From Phaeosaccion multiseriatum (Eukaryota; Protista; Ochrophyta, other classes), in NCBI GenBank assembly GCA_965112735.1, contig OZ218954.1, positions 1,426,001-1,490,000 of the forward strand: a stretch of DNA of 64,000 nt. Direction: 5' to 3'. This document shows, in pieces, positions 13,260 to 24,079 of this stretch; the first letter of the stretch is position 1; every line of letters starts with the position of its first letter. Made by a program: the position numbers and the translations under genes. The notes below the pieces were generated by a model. The model worked only from the letters and a program-made list of their open reading frames with translations. It searched no databases and was not told the DNA's origin.

Positions 13260-16200
13260 GGCGAGAGAGAACGATCGGGAGAAAGAGACAGCGAGGAAGG
13301 GAAAGAAAGAAAAGAGAGAGGGAGAGAGAGGGAGAGAGAGAGGGCGAGAGAGAAGTCTCATGGGGAGGTCTGAAAAAAGCAGTAAGCAGCGGGGAGTTGC
13401 ACACCAAGAGGCCACGGAGATACGCTTTGACTCACGTACCTGAGATGATTAGCGTGGTCGCGTATGCCACCCAAGCTCCCGGCTGCAGCAGGGCAGAGTA
13501 GAGGCATATATATATACAGATAAGTTCAGTCCAGCGCGCAAGGGAGAAGTATAGAAAGACCAGAGCAGAGCAACGGAATTGAGGCCGGTGCTTACGTATG
13601 CGTACGTGGGGAACAAGCTCCCTCCCTCTTGCATACTCAAGTGATCCCCCCCCCCCCCTACTCCTCCTCTTGACCCACCTGAAACCTCTGCGCCAGATGT
13701 GGAACGAGCGAGAAACAAGCCGCAGTGGAGATGGACAGTGCTTGCTTAAGTGCCAAGCGCTGATTCCACAGCACACACCGAGCCTTTGCAGACAAGCGCA
13801 CCTTGCGCAGAAGCGCATTCTTCGCCCGTGCCAGGGTCTCCCCTGTCGTGAGCAATGTGCTGACCTGCCCTCTGTTCTCTCTTGCTCCACCTCCTCCTCC
13901 TCCTCCACCACCACCACCTATTCCTCCTCCTCCTCCTCCCCCCCCCTCTCTGCTGCTGCTGCTGCCAATCGACGTTATGTCAGGTGTCTCATTGACAGAC
14001 GCTTTCGCCGGCAGCCCCCCTTCTTCCATAGTCCCCTGCTGCTGCCCCTCGCCTCTGACGAGGCCCTGGCTTCTTGTGCTGCAACAGAAGAGACGAGTAC
14101 GCAGACAGGCGACCAGGCGATTGGCACCCCTCGACGCCTCCTTTGGAGGGCTGGGGAGAGGGGCGAGGAGTGAGAGGAGACGGCATGAGGTATTGGATGT
14201 CAAGCACAAGAAGTAAGTGGAGAGAAGAGCGGGGCAGACAGACAGGAGATGAGTGTGATGTGCAGAGAAGAGGGCTTGTGTAAGGGGACTTTGGGTTGGG
14301 GAGAATCTCGCGGCATGCACCCCCAAAGTCTCAGGCAGGAGGGTCATACACGCCACCCCAAGTAGACGCCTCAAACTGGAAACTGAAACTAGACTTGAAG
14401 CACCGACCGGAAGGCGTTCCACAGAGAGGTCAGAACGCTTCTCCATGTGAAGCTGAGGCGCTCCCACTGGGTAGATCTCTTCCGACCAAACGTTAAAGCC
14501 TTCCTGTCCTCCGTTGAGGTCGCGGTTAATGGTGAAGGGATAAGGGTCAACAGTCAGTACGTGAAGGGGCGACAGGGGGACACGTTCAACGCAGATGATG
14601 AGCTAGTTGAGGTGCCAAGGTGTTTTGGGAAACAGAGAGACGGAGACGGGGTGAAGGGGGGGAGGCAAAGAAGCAGCAAAGTGGTCGTTAAGAGGAGAGG
14701 GCTGCCGAGGCTACGAAGAGGAGAGCAAGCACTCTAAGAGCGGCAGCGGCATGGGAGTCGTGTCTTCTTTCCTCCCCCCCTCCCTCTCTCCCTCCCTCCT
14801 TCTCTCCCTCAGTCACACACCTGCAGCAGAGGCAGCACGTGGCCATGTTGGACACGAATGCCGACACTGTGAGCACCCCATGAAAGTTGGCGTCTTTGCT
14901 GCCGTTCGCGACGGCTCCTGCTCCTCCTCCTCCTCGTCCTCCTCCTCCTCTATCACCAACAGCTGTTGCTGCTCCAGCCACTGCCATCGACGGTAGCCCC
15001 CCCTCCTCCTCTCCCCCCCCCTCCATGCCCATCTCCATCCCAATGGTCTTGACGGATATCACGCCGTACAACACACTCTCCCGGGCCTCTGAGAAGGAGT
15101 TGACAAGGTTCTCCATGCCACTACCGAGCTCGTACACGGCAGTGTAGAGGCGTGCGGGGTCTCTACACTCACGCCGGTACCTTCGCTCCCACACCATCTC
15201 TGCGATAAGCGTCGTCACCTTCAGACATATCGAGGTGTGTGCGTGTGTCGGTGTGCGTGCGTGCGTGTGTGTGTGATGGTTTCAGGGATTTTTTCCCGAG
15301 TTTTCGCGAACGATTGTCAGAAAATGAGCATGAACATCGCTCTAACTAGTATACGAAACACCCCCCTCAAAATCCGTCAATCGATCAATCAATCAATCAA
15401 TCTGTCTATCTATCAAACAGATACAGGAAGCTATACACATACGCAGTGCCGTACCTGATACAAGGCGTCCTTGACATCGTGCACAGGGTCCGAGATGAGA
15501 GCCATGACCGTCAAGGTCTGCCTCTGGCGCATCCCGAAGCGGAACTCTTTCATATTCCTAAGGGCCAGGTACATGCCATCCACGGCCTCGAGCAGCTGCC
15601 CCAAGCCGACCCCCAAAGTGCGTAGCTCCTCCTCCACCTCACCGCCCCGCAGCGCACACACGAGCTCCAAATGGATCAAGGGGAGCAGCTCCTGAGAGGT
15701 GGTTGTGCGTGCGTGCGTGCGTCCGTGCGTGCGTGCGTTTGGTTGGACGGGTGGGTGGGTGGGTGGACAATTGGGGTGAGGGTGAGTGGGTGGGTGGGTG
15801 TGTTGGTGGGTGGGTGGGGTGGATGGGTGGTTAGGGTGTGTGTGTGTGAAGGATATGGGTGTGGGGGGGTTACGCCGTGAACAGAGAGCAAGATGGGGAT
15901 CTGCCGAGCACGTTGCAATTGAAAGCAGCGGGGCGAACGACCGACCGAAAGCACACAAACCGCCACGGCCATTGCACACTTACGTCCACCTTGTCGAGGC
16001 ATATGCGGGCCTGCTCAAGCATGAGGAGGATCTCTGCGAGCATTACTTCATCGCCGCGTTCCTCGAAGCAGATGGAGCACGCCGTGATGGCCGCCCCGAG
16101 TACCTGGCTGGCGTACTGAGTGGGACAGAGGGGACCGAGGGTGGGGAGGTTAATGACTTATAGGCATCAACTTAAGAATACGTACGGTGACGGTTGTAGA

Positions 16201-17730
16201 GGGGGAGGGTTTTGGGAGAGGGGCAGTGGGGACGGGTGGGAGGGTGGGGACTTGTCCTTATGAATGACGCTTGGATATGACGCTTGGACGTGTTTGGGGG
16301 GAGAGGGGACACACACATATACACACACACACAGGCAACCGTACCTGCGTACGATTGATTCCCTCGCAAAGAGCCCACCGCGGGTAGGGAAGCACCATGG
16401 CCAGTAGTGCGAATACGCCCCCCATCACGTACGACAACAACCACTCGGCCAGGGCCATGATCCAGCTGCCGGGCCAGGGGTGGCTCTGTCGTAGAGGAAG
16501 AATCCCCACCAAGAAGCACAAGATCCCGAACTTCTTAGCGAGGCTGGAGAGCCGCCGAGCTCGCGCCAAGAGAAAGGCTGAAGAGAAAGAGGGAGGGAGG
16601 GAGGGAGGGAGGGAGGGAGGGAGGGAGGGAGGGAGGGAGGGAGGGAGGGAGGGAGGGAGGGAGGGAGGGAGGGAGGGAGGGAGGGAGGGAGGGAGGGAGG
16701 GAGGGAGGGAGGGAGGGAGGGAGGGAGGGAGGGAGGGAGGGAGGGAGGGAGGGAGGGAGGGAGGGAGGGAGGGAGGGAGGGAGGGAGGGAGGGAGGGAGG
16801 GAGGGAGGGAGGGAGGGAGGGAGGGAGGGAGGGAGGGAGGGAGGGAGGGAGGGAGGGAGGGAGGGAGGGAGGGAGGGAGGGAGGGAGGGAGGGAGGGAGG
16901 AAGGGAGGGAGGGAGGAAGGGAGGGAGGGAGGGAGGGAAGGAAGGGAGGGAGGGAGGGGTGGGTTCGGGTCCATGCCTACGGCTCCACATAGCTCGCTTC
17001 CTTCCCACAACCATACCCACACGTACGCACATGACACGAATATGCAGAGGCCCACGCCCCAGGGGCTGTTCCTCGCTACCGCCATGGAGGCGAGTGCAAG
17101 GAGGAAGCCCAGAGAGCCTCCCTGCACCACGTTCTGTTGAGGCGCAGGACGATGGCAGCGGACGGGGAGGGGAGGTCATTAGTTCGCGTAGACGTGGTGT
17201 AGCTATGGAAGAGCGGGGAAGGGGGGGGGGGGCTGATAGTGTGATTTGTTGCGTACCAGTGCATTGAGAAGGGTCCGCCCGATGGTGCCCGACACAATTA
17301 CAAGACCAATGACCGCGGAGAAGAACGACGAGCCAGAGGCAGGCCCCAAGGTAGCCCACGTCATGGCGAGGGTGACAGCAAAGGCCGTCCTGATCTCGCC
17401 AAGCGCAAGGCGGGACGGGGGGGTGGGGCAGTAAGACGTAAGAGGAAAGGAGGAGGGGAGGAGAGGGAGGACAAGAGGAGGGTTAGAGGGGTGAAGGGCC
17501 AAGGCAAGGAGGACAGGACACGAAGCTTCATGCGCTGCCAAAAAGGTTCGAGAGCGGAGGGGCCCTCTTCAGCTGACTCACAACGGAACACAATAAAGCG
17601 GGTGGGGAAGTAGAGTTCTGCCTTACCTGCATGCCACCTCCGAATTCCTGTGAAAGTCCGTCTCTGGCTCGTAGATGACTGCTCGGTCGGGTGGCGCCTT
17701 CCTCTGCATCCTGATGGTATCCATCTTCAT
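8706..17730 (-). CDS. Multi-exon FUSC / aromatic-acid-exporter (ALMT-superfamily) membrane protein
   Basis: Two hydrophobic blocks, including ALKQALSISTAACF, PGAWVAYATTLII, SSIERVLGSVLGS, YGYCALVSGFTAVIIL and LARIENNLIGSIIYVVLDTLFVPVRA. Downstream EPQLWHTPFHEPSY. GT-AG junction phases are consistent where checked; the 5' start is unresolved. Confidence 0.75.
12805..13352. repeat. Purine-rich intronic minisatellite (about 60-80 bp unit, about 8 copies) with core GGGCGAGAGAGAAAGATCGGGAGAAAGAGACAGCGAGGAAGGGAAAG
   Basis: Directly visible; lies between the donor at ~13438 and the acceptor at ~12726. Confidence 0.9.
16589..16955. repeat. Very long (GGGA)n intronic microsatellite, read as (CCCT)n on the gene sense strand
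   Basis: About 90 tetramers ending roughly 10 nt before the acceptor AG. Similar tracts at 170-395, 1727-1810 and 920-1340 (GA-rich). Confidence 0.95.
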
Positions 17731-18122
17731 TAATTTTGCCGCCTTTGAGAGAGACCTGAGAGAGAGCTCCGCCAAGGCCTCTGTGCCCTCTTTGTCCGGG
17801 CTTCTACTTCATCCTCGTATAGTGCGTGATCACGGGACTATCGGCAGGCTCAGACTATCGAGGGTGCATCATTTCTATTACGATATTGACGATGGGGAGC
17901 AGTCCTTGTGGGCGAGAGAGAGAGAGAGAGAGAGACAGAGCCTTTATTATGTCAAGGAAAGTGAAGCTCGACATTTCTTGAGCCCTTTGAAAACTGATGC
18001 CGAAAAGAATTTTGTCCCCCCATTCAAGTAGGAGCGAGAGAAAAGGGGATCGCGGGGTATCACCTGTGGGTCAAATCACTTTCTGTGGAGCAAGGCTTCT
18101 TTCTTGACTCAACCCCCAAAGA

Positions 18123-18212
18123 CTGACACACTATCGCCCACTTTCTCGATAGCGGATAGCGCGCCGGCTGGCGCCGGCGATAGCGGATAGCGGATAGTGT
18201 ATCAGGGGTCGA
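18123..18212 (-). mobile_element. Internally deleted, inverted copy of MITE family B
   Basis: Both halves match the reverse complement of the ends of 40302-40538. One end (…ATCAGGGGTCGA) is intact; the other has lost its outermost bases. Confidence 0.85.
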
Positions 18213-18472
18213 CCAACCCCCCCCCTCAACATATATCTCTCACCGTCCTAGCCCTCCTAGCCGCGGTTGCTCTCTGGACGGGGCGAAGTCTTCCATGAGT
18301 AGCTGGTGCAGTACTCTTCCCTCCAACCCATCTATGTACAAACGCATTCCATTATAAGGGGCGATGTGCAAGGAGTTGCAAGTATGTAAATGACTTGTTT
18401 TTTATATTAGATTGAAGCTATGCTTTGCTCTGGCATACTGTCTACCTCCCCCTCCCCCTCCTCCTCCCTGAC

Positions 18473-19552
18473 TTAGTACTGCGGGGGGCTGTAGCGGAAG
18501 GGCTGCGGCGGCGGAGTGCTGCGAAGCACCTGCCGGACATCCGCCCCCTCCGACGAGTCGCACTGCATGCGCTCCATCACTCTGTCGAGGTAGGTAGAGA
18601 GCGAGGGCAGCACCGTCGCCTCCTCGGCCCCAGACCGCCGCATCACTTGCGGGGGGCCGAACAAGGGCGAGAGGATGGTATTGTGCAGACACGTCCTCGC
18701 CTTGTGCTCGTCGGCCTCGATGAGGATGGTGTCTGCTTTGCCGAAGGAACCCATGCCACGATGCTCGCAGCTGGTCCAGATGGAGGAGAGGTCTCGCATG
18801 GTGTCCCAGTGGTTGCCCCCCTCTGGGTCGGGGATGTTGAAGGGGCGGTCCCATACGTGGATTAATCCATCGACGACTGAGGAGTACGCGGACGCTCTGC
18901 TGGAGGGTCCCGCAGACGTGGGGGACCAATGCGCCTGGCAGTGACTGTCGAAAGCACGAACGATGTCTTGCATGTTGTGTTTGGCCATGCTTGTGTACAA
19001 CCCAATCTCACAACGAGGGTCCTCCAGTAGCGTCATCATGAGGTGCATGGCTCCCGGACGAAGCCAGAAAGAGGAGTGAAGGTGACCCCCGCGGCCCACG
19101 CTGTGCGAGAAGTCTGGTTTGGGGCCTCGGTGGTGATCCACCATCTTGTCCGGGTCGCGCTCGTCTCCCGGCTTGACACGATGCACGAGAGTGCCATTGA
19201 AGTCGAAGAGGATGAGTATCTTGCGACACTCGGAGCTGGCCTCTGCTCCGAGCGCAAGTCCATCAAGTAGCCTCACTACCTCGTCCCCTTCCTCCTCTGA
19301 AGCCTGCGTCTTGTTGCTGCCTCCTCCTTCCGATGCCGCTGTCTTCCTACCTCCTTTCGCGTCCTTTCGCTCGGGCTCGCAAGCACCAGCGTCGGTTTCC
19401 TTCGTTTCGTCATTTGACTCGGGCTGATGCGCTACATCTTCCATCTCTTTCGCGTCCTTTGTTGGCGTCGTCTCCCCTTTTGGCGCTGATTTCATGTTCT
19501 TTGTTGGCGTTGCTGTTGTGAGCCTAACGCGTAGCCCGAGAGGATCAGACAT
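18473..19552 (-). CDS. Intronless NIF/FCP1-like HAD-superfamily phosphatase-domain protein with acidic disordered N-terminus
   Basis: ILILFDFNGTLVHR, FWLRPGA, IGLYTSM, WDR, RDLSSIW and DTILIEADEHK follow the NIF motif order. First ATG in the ORF is at 19552. Confidence 0.8.
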   Translation of the reverse strand: MSDPLGLRVRLTTATPTKNMKSAPKGETTPTKDAKEMEDVAHQPESNDETKETDAGACEPERKDAKGGRKTAASEGGGSNKTQASEEEGDEVVRLLDGLALGAEASSECRKILILFDFNGTLVHRVKPGDERDPDKMVDHHRGPKPDFSHSVGRGGHLHSSFWLRPGAMHLMMTLLEDPRCEIGLYTSMAKHNMQDIVRAFDSHCQAHWSPTSAGPSSRASAYSSVVDGLIHVWDRPFNIPDPEGGNHWDTMRDLSSIWTSCEHRGMGSFGKADTILIEADEHKARTCLHNTILSPLFGPPQVMRRSGAEEATVLPSLSTYLDRVMERMQCDSSEGADVRQVLRSTPPPQPFRYSPPQY

Positions 19553-19800
19553 GATCACCCCACCAAATTGAATCACCAACTCCTGCGCACAAATAATGAC
19601 ACTAAAAATTCCCCGAGGCCTGAATTGGGGGGAAGGACGCCATATTCGGCACTTTTTGTCTACACTGCTTTTGATCACAAGCTTCAGCTACAACCTTTCC
19701 CAGTAGAGGCAGGCCCGTGATAGGCAGCAGTAGGCGCGTGCTTTGCTGAGGAGGAGGGGGGGTGGAGTGAGGGGTCAAGGACTGCTGCTCCATGGTCACG

Positions 19801-20460
19801 ATGCAGGGGCAGACCATACTGCCCGAGGTAGGCACTTGTATCACTGATGGTGGCGGCGGCCGGTAAAATTAACTTAAGGAGACGAAAGGGAAAAAGAGGT
19901 CTCCGCTAGAGTCTCGAGTCGTCTCGCCCCTGACCAAGGGCCCCTCTAAAATCTCTTTTTCTTCCCGGCCCCTTCGGAACTCGCTTTGTTACCAGGGGCG
20001 GCAACTCCATCATGCCCTCGAGAAAGAGGAGAGCTCAGGCGCGTATAGTTCCAAGGGTTCTACTCCTCGTCACCACGTCTCTCACGAAGGGCACGAAGCC
20101 GTGGTGGAGCTGCTTCGCACGGCGGGAGCACTGGAGGACGATGGCGCAACACCTCTCCACGTTGCTGCGAAGAACGGTCGAGAGGCAGTGGTTGCTCGCC
20201 TCATCTCCGCGGGATCCCCCATTGATGCTCAGACGTCCAACGGCGTCACCCCTCTACTGACCGCCATCTCCAACGGCCAACATGGCGCTGCACTGCAGCT
20301 CCTCACGGCCGGTGCGTCGGTGGACAAGGCATTGGCTGGAGCACGGCGGAATCCACAGGGCCCCGAGGTTGAGGATCGACTTGTGGAGGCCGCGGGAGCC
20401 TTCTTCCGCTCTCAAACGGTGCTGGATTTGATGCGCAGAATCGACCTGATGGTGGAGTAA
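19801..20460 (+). CDS. Short ankyrin-repeat gene (exons 19801-19827 and 19996-20460), an internally deleted paralogue of 21912-23455; possibly a pseudogene
   Basis: GATPLHVAAKNG and GVTPLLTAISNG ankyrin repeats. Exon 1, the acceptor region, the exon 2 start (GRQLHHALEK vs GRRLYEALER) and the 3' flank are all homologous to the downstream copy. Confidence 0.65.
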
Positions 20461-20609
20461 GTGCGCTGACAGGGCCCAGCGAGGTGGACTAATCGGGGAG
20501 GAGAACGACGACTCCCAGACGCAAAAGCACCGCTCCCACTAGCTTGAGTCAGTCAAGCACCCATACGAGTGAACAAGTACGGATACGATGCGAGAGAGGC
20601 ACCACCCTT

Positions 20610-20896
20610 TCGGCCCTGGAAGAGGTTATCAGATTACTGATTACGGCCGGCGCAGCCGGCCTGATTACTGATTACTGCCGGCGCCAGCCGGCCTGATTAC
20701 TGATTATGGCGCCAGCCGGGCCTGATTACTGATTATGGCCGGCGCCAGCCGGGTCTGATTACTGATTATGACCGGCGCCAGCCGGCCTGATTACTGATTA
20801 TGACGGGCGCTAGCCGGCCTGATTACTGATTATTGGCGCCAGCCGGTCTGATTACTGATTATGACCGGCGCACACTGTAACCTCTTCCAGGGCCGA
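20610..20896. mobile_element. Complete 287-bp MITE, family A
   Basis: Perfect 19-bp TIR TCGGCCCTGGAAGAGGTTA, 6-bp TSD ACCCTT (20604-20609 and 20897-20902), interior of ~30-bp repeats CTGATTACTGATTATGACCGGCGCCAGCCGG. Confidence 0.92.
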
Positions 20897-20925
20897 ACCC
20901 TTGGCAGATTGACTTGGCCGTGGAA

Positions 20926-21382
20926 TCGGCCCTGGACAAGGTTACAGTGTGCGCCGGCCATAATCAGTAATCAGGCCGGCTGGTGCCGGTCATAATCAGT
21001 AATCAGACCCGGCTGGCGCCATAATCAGTAATCAGGCCGGCTGGCGCCGGCTGTAATCAGTAATCAGATAACATTGTCCAGGGCCGAGTGTTACTACCAC
21101 GGCTCGGCCCTGGACAAGGTAGTAACACTCGGCCCTGGACAATGTTATCTGATTACTGATTACAGCCGGTGACAGCCGGCCTGATTACTGATTATGGCGC
21201 CAGCCGGGCCTGATTACTGATTATGGCCGGCGCCAGCCGGGTCTGATTACTGATTATGACCGGCACCAGCCGGCCTGATTACTGATTATGACCGGCGCTA
21301 GCTGGCCTGATTACTGATTATTGGCGCCAGCCGGCCTGATTAGATTATGGCCGGCGCACACTGTAACCTTGTCCAGGGCCGA
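20926..21382. mobile_element. Two further family-A MITEs in inverted arrangement (20926-~21098 and 21104-21382)
   Basis: TIRs TCGGCCCTGGACAA(G/T)GTTA and the same internal repeats on opposite strands. The inner end of the right copy is doubled (21104 and 21129). No clean TSD. Confidence 0.88.
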
Positions 21383-21911
21383 GAAGGCTGCGTCTGAGAG
21401 AGCGAACGAAGCGTGGGGCGTCATCTTTCAGGGGGGGCAAGCAAAGGAACGGGGGTTGCAGCAGCAGGGTAAATGCATACTTCGTAGTACATTTTTTTAG
21501 CTCAGAGCTGGCAGCTAGTGTGAGCGAGGAGGGGTAGATCAGTAAACGTGTCAAAAAATTGGGCGTGGCCTGATAAGGGCACCTCAGAACATAAAGGCCC
21601 GGCGGTGGCCTACCCAATACCCAGTACCCAATACCTCCATATGTGCTCCTGCGCTCGTGTCAAGCAAAGAGGCTCCTTGTGGCAAGCCAAAAGGTGAGAA
21701 GTAAGAATGTGAAATGTCAATGAGCCCTGCCCTTGGCAATTTTTTTTTTCAATACACCGGACTCCCCCCACTCTTCAATACCCTTTCCCAAGAGAGGTAG
21801 AACGAGCCACACAGCGAGAGGCCCTCGCTCTGTGCCGTCGTTACTACAGCGCCCCACGGAGGAGGAGGCGGGCGGCGAGTAGAGAAGAGCCGCTACTGCT
21901 CCTTTCCCACC

Positions 21912-23455
21912 ATGCAGGCCCTAGCGCCCGAGGGGAGAGCAACTCTGGTCCGCTCTGTTTCCTTGAAGAGTTTAGGCTTCCGGAAGAACAGTAAGGGGGA
22001 TGTGAGTGAGCGAGCAGGAGTGGGTGTTGCGAAGGCAAGCGGAGGTCAGCTCAAGAAGGTGAGAGCGACTCAGGGAAGCGAGCAAAGTGTCAGCATTAGG
22101 CCAAAGAAATTCAATCTTAACGCCCCTGATAAAGCTTCCTCCGTCCCCACTCGCTTCGCGTACACTATCAGGGGCGGAGACTCTATGAAGCCCTCGAGAG
22201 GGGGGCAATTCAATCTTAACGCCCCTGATAAAGCTTCCTCCGTCCCCACTCGCTTCGCGTACACTATCAGGGGCGGAGACTCTATGAAGCCCTCGAGAGG
22301 GGGGCAAGCTTCCGCTCTCTATTCACGCTGGTGAAGAAGCTCGTTGGCAAACACGGAAATAAGAGCTTGGAGCAGCCCATTGAGAAACAGGGCTCTCCCA
22401 TGCTTTGGGCTGCGTTCTACGGTCGGCTGGATGTCGTGGACCTTCTGTTGGATGAAGGGGCCTCATTCAGCAGCAGTAGCGGCCCTGACGGGGACACGCC
22501 ACTCATGGTAGCCAGTACCAATGGACATGACCAGGTGGTCAAACGGCTGCTGCATGTCGGAGCCGCTGTCGACCAAGCCAACCTCTCAGGGGTCACGCCT
22601 TTGAGCTACGCCTCTGAGCATGGACATTCCACAATAGTGCAGCAGCTCCTCTCCGCGCGTGCGGGCATCAACGCAGCCAACGTTGAGGGTGCCACTCCAC
22701 TCCTCTTTGCTTCTCAACACGGGCACACCTCCATCGTAGAGCAGCTCCTTTCAGCCGAAGCAGACGTGAATGAAGCTGACGATAGGCGAAGGAATCCGCT
22801 CCTAATGGCGTCGCAAAACGGACATAGCAACGTAGTACAGCAGCTTATCGGGGCTGGCGCCAACATCGAAAAGGCTGAAAATGAAGGCGTGACTTCGCTC
22901 CACTTGTGCTCCCTACAGGGGCATGCCTCCATTGTGCAGCAGCTTCTCGATGAGCATGCCTGTGTGGATGCCAGGAACAGCGACGGCGCGACTCCACTGA
23001 TGGCAGCGGCGCGCAGCGGCCATTTGTTTGTGGTAGAGAAGCTTCTGATGGCCGGAGCAGACGCACTCGCGTATAGCATGGATGGCTTCACTCCTCTTCA
23101 CCATGCCTCTCAACAAGGGCACGACGAGGTGGTGAAACGCCTTCTCTGTGCAGGAGCAAAGGTGGAGACAGGGTCAAGAACCGGCACTTTACCCCTCCAT
23201 CTTGCCGCGCAAAATGGCCACGAGGCAGTGGTTGATTGTCTCATCTCTGCCGGATCCCTCATCGATGCCCAGAGGTCCAACAGGTTCACCCCTCTGCTTA
23301 CCGCCATCTGCAATGGCCGCCGCGGCACTGCGCTGCAGCTTCTCTCGGCGGGCGCCTCGATGGAGAAGGCCTGGGCTGTGGCACGGCGGCATAAACTCGG
23401 CCCCAAGGTTGAAGAGCGACTCAGAGAGACGAAAGCGGCCTTTTTGCGGTGTTAA
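21912..23455 (+). CDS. Ankyrin-repeat protein (exon 1 21912-22058, exon 2 22271-23455), about 10 repeats
   Basis: Repeated G.TPL..A...GH..VV..LL..GA units. The phase-0 intron AAG|GTGAGA ... TATCAG|GGG joins the two ORFs in frame. Confidence 0.85.
22108..22307. repeat. Perfect 99-bp tandem duplication spanning the intron 3' end and the start of exon 2
   Basis: AATTCAATCTTAACGCCCCTG...GAGAGGGGGGC occurs twice with a 99-nt period. Confidence 0.95.
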
Positions 23456-24079
23456 GGCGAGTTGGACCTGATGCGAAGCATCGATCGTACGCTCAGCATG
23501 AAGAGTGGGGGTCCGCGGAGTGAGATGAGGAAGTGCGCGGACAGGGCTGAGCGAGGTTGGATTAAGAGGGGCGGGACATGACTCCTCCGAGACGCAAAGG
23601 AATGCTGCTCTCTCGATCTCTCTCTCTCGATTTCACCAATCTGGCAGCCCATACGAGCAAGCAACGCATCAGGATGAGATATCGGAGAGATACCCAGCCA
23701 AGTAGTGGGAGAGAAGTGGTAAAAGGAGAGGAGGGAAAGGGTTAAGGGAAGCGGTGGTACCTCGTTCTCCCTTAAATGTGTCGGTAACCTGTTATTTTTA
23801 ATTTTAATTTAGTTAAATGTAGTCGACGTGGGGAGGGGGGGGGGGAGAGTTTGGGGGGGGGTCTATGGGCCGGTCGGCAGCTCCTTCCGACGGGCGCCTC
23901 GGTGGACAGGGCATTCGCCTGTATCCAACCCTAATAATGTGTCTGTAACCCACAAGCAAGGGAATATGAATTGCAATTGTGTAGAACCCTTTGCAGCGCT
24001 AAACCTTTCATTCATTGTTGGAGCCTTCCTCTCTCTCTCTACAATTGCCAATAGCCTGCTTCACCTCCAGCACTCTACT

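Noticed and set aside
20630-21350. CRISPR-like appearance of regularly spaced GATTACTGATTA repeats
   Set aside because: The intervening sequences are near-identical rather than unique spacers, the arrays are bounded by TIRs, the context is eukaryotic and no cas genes are present.
23453-23455. TAA aligned with a Gln codon in the paralogue, suggesting stop-codon reassignment
   Set aside because: No in-frame TAA or TAG was seen in the conserved exons read elsewhere, and QNG1 ends at TAG where its family ends. A nonsense mutation is the simpler explanation.
23742-23775. TTAA-GGGA...TCCC-TTAA resembling a Kolobok/piggyBac-type mini-element
   Set aside because: Only 26 bp between the TTAA motifs, a 4-bp inverted match and a single copy; compatible with chance.
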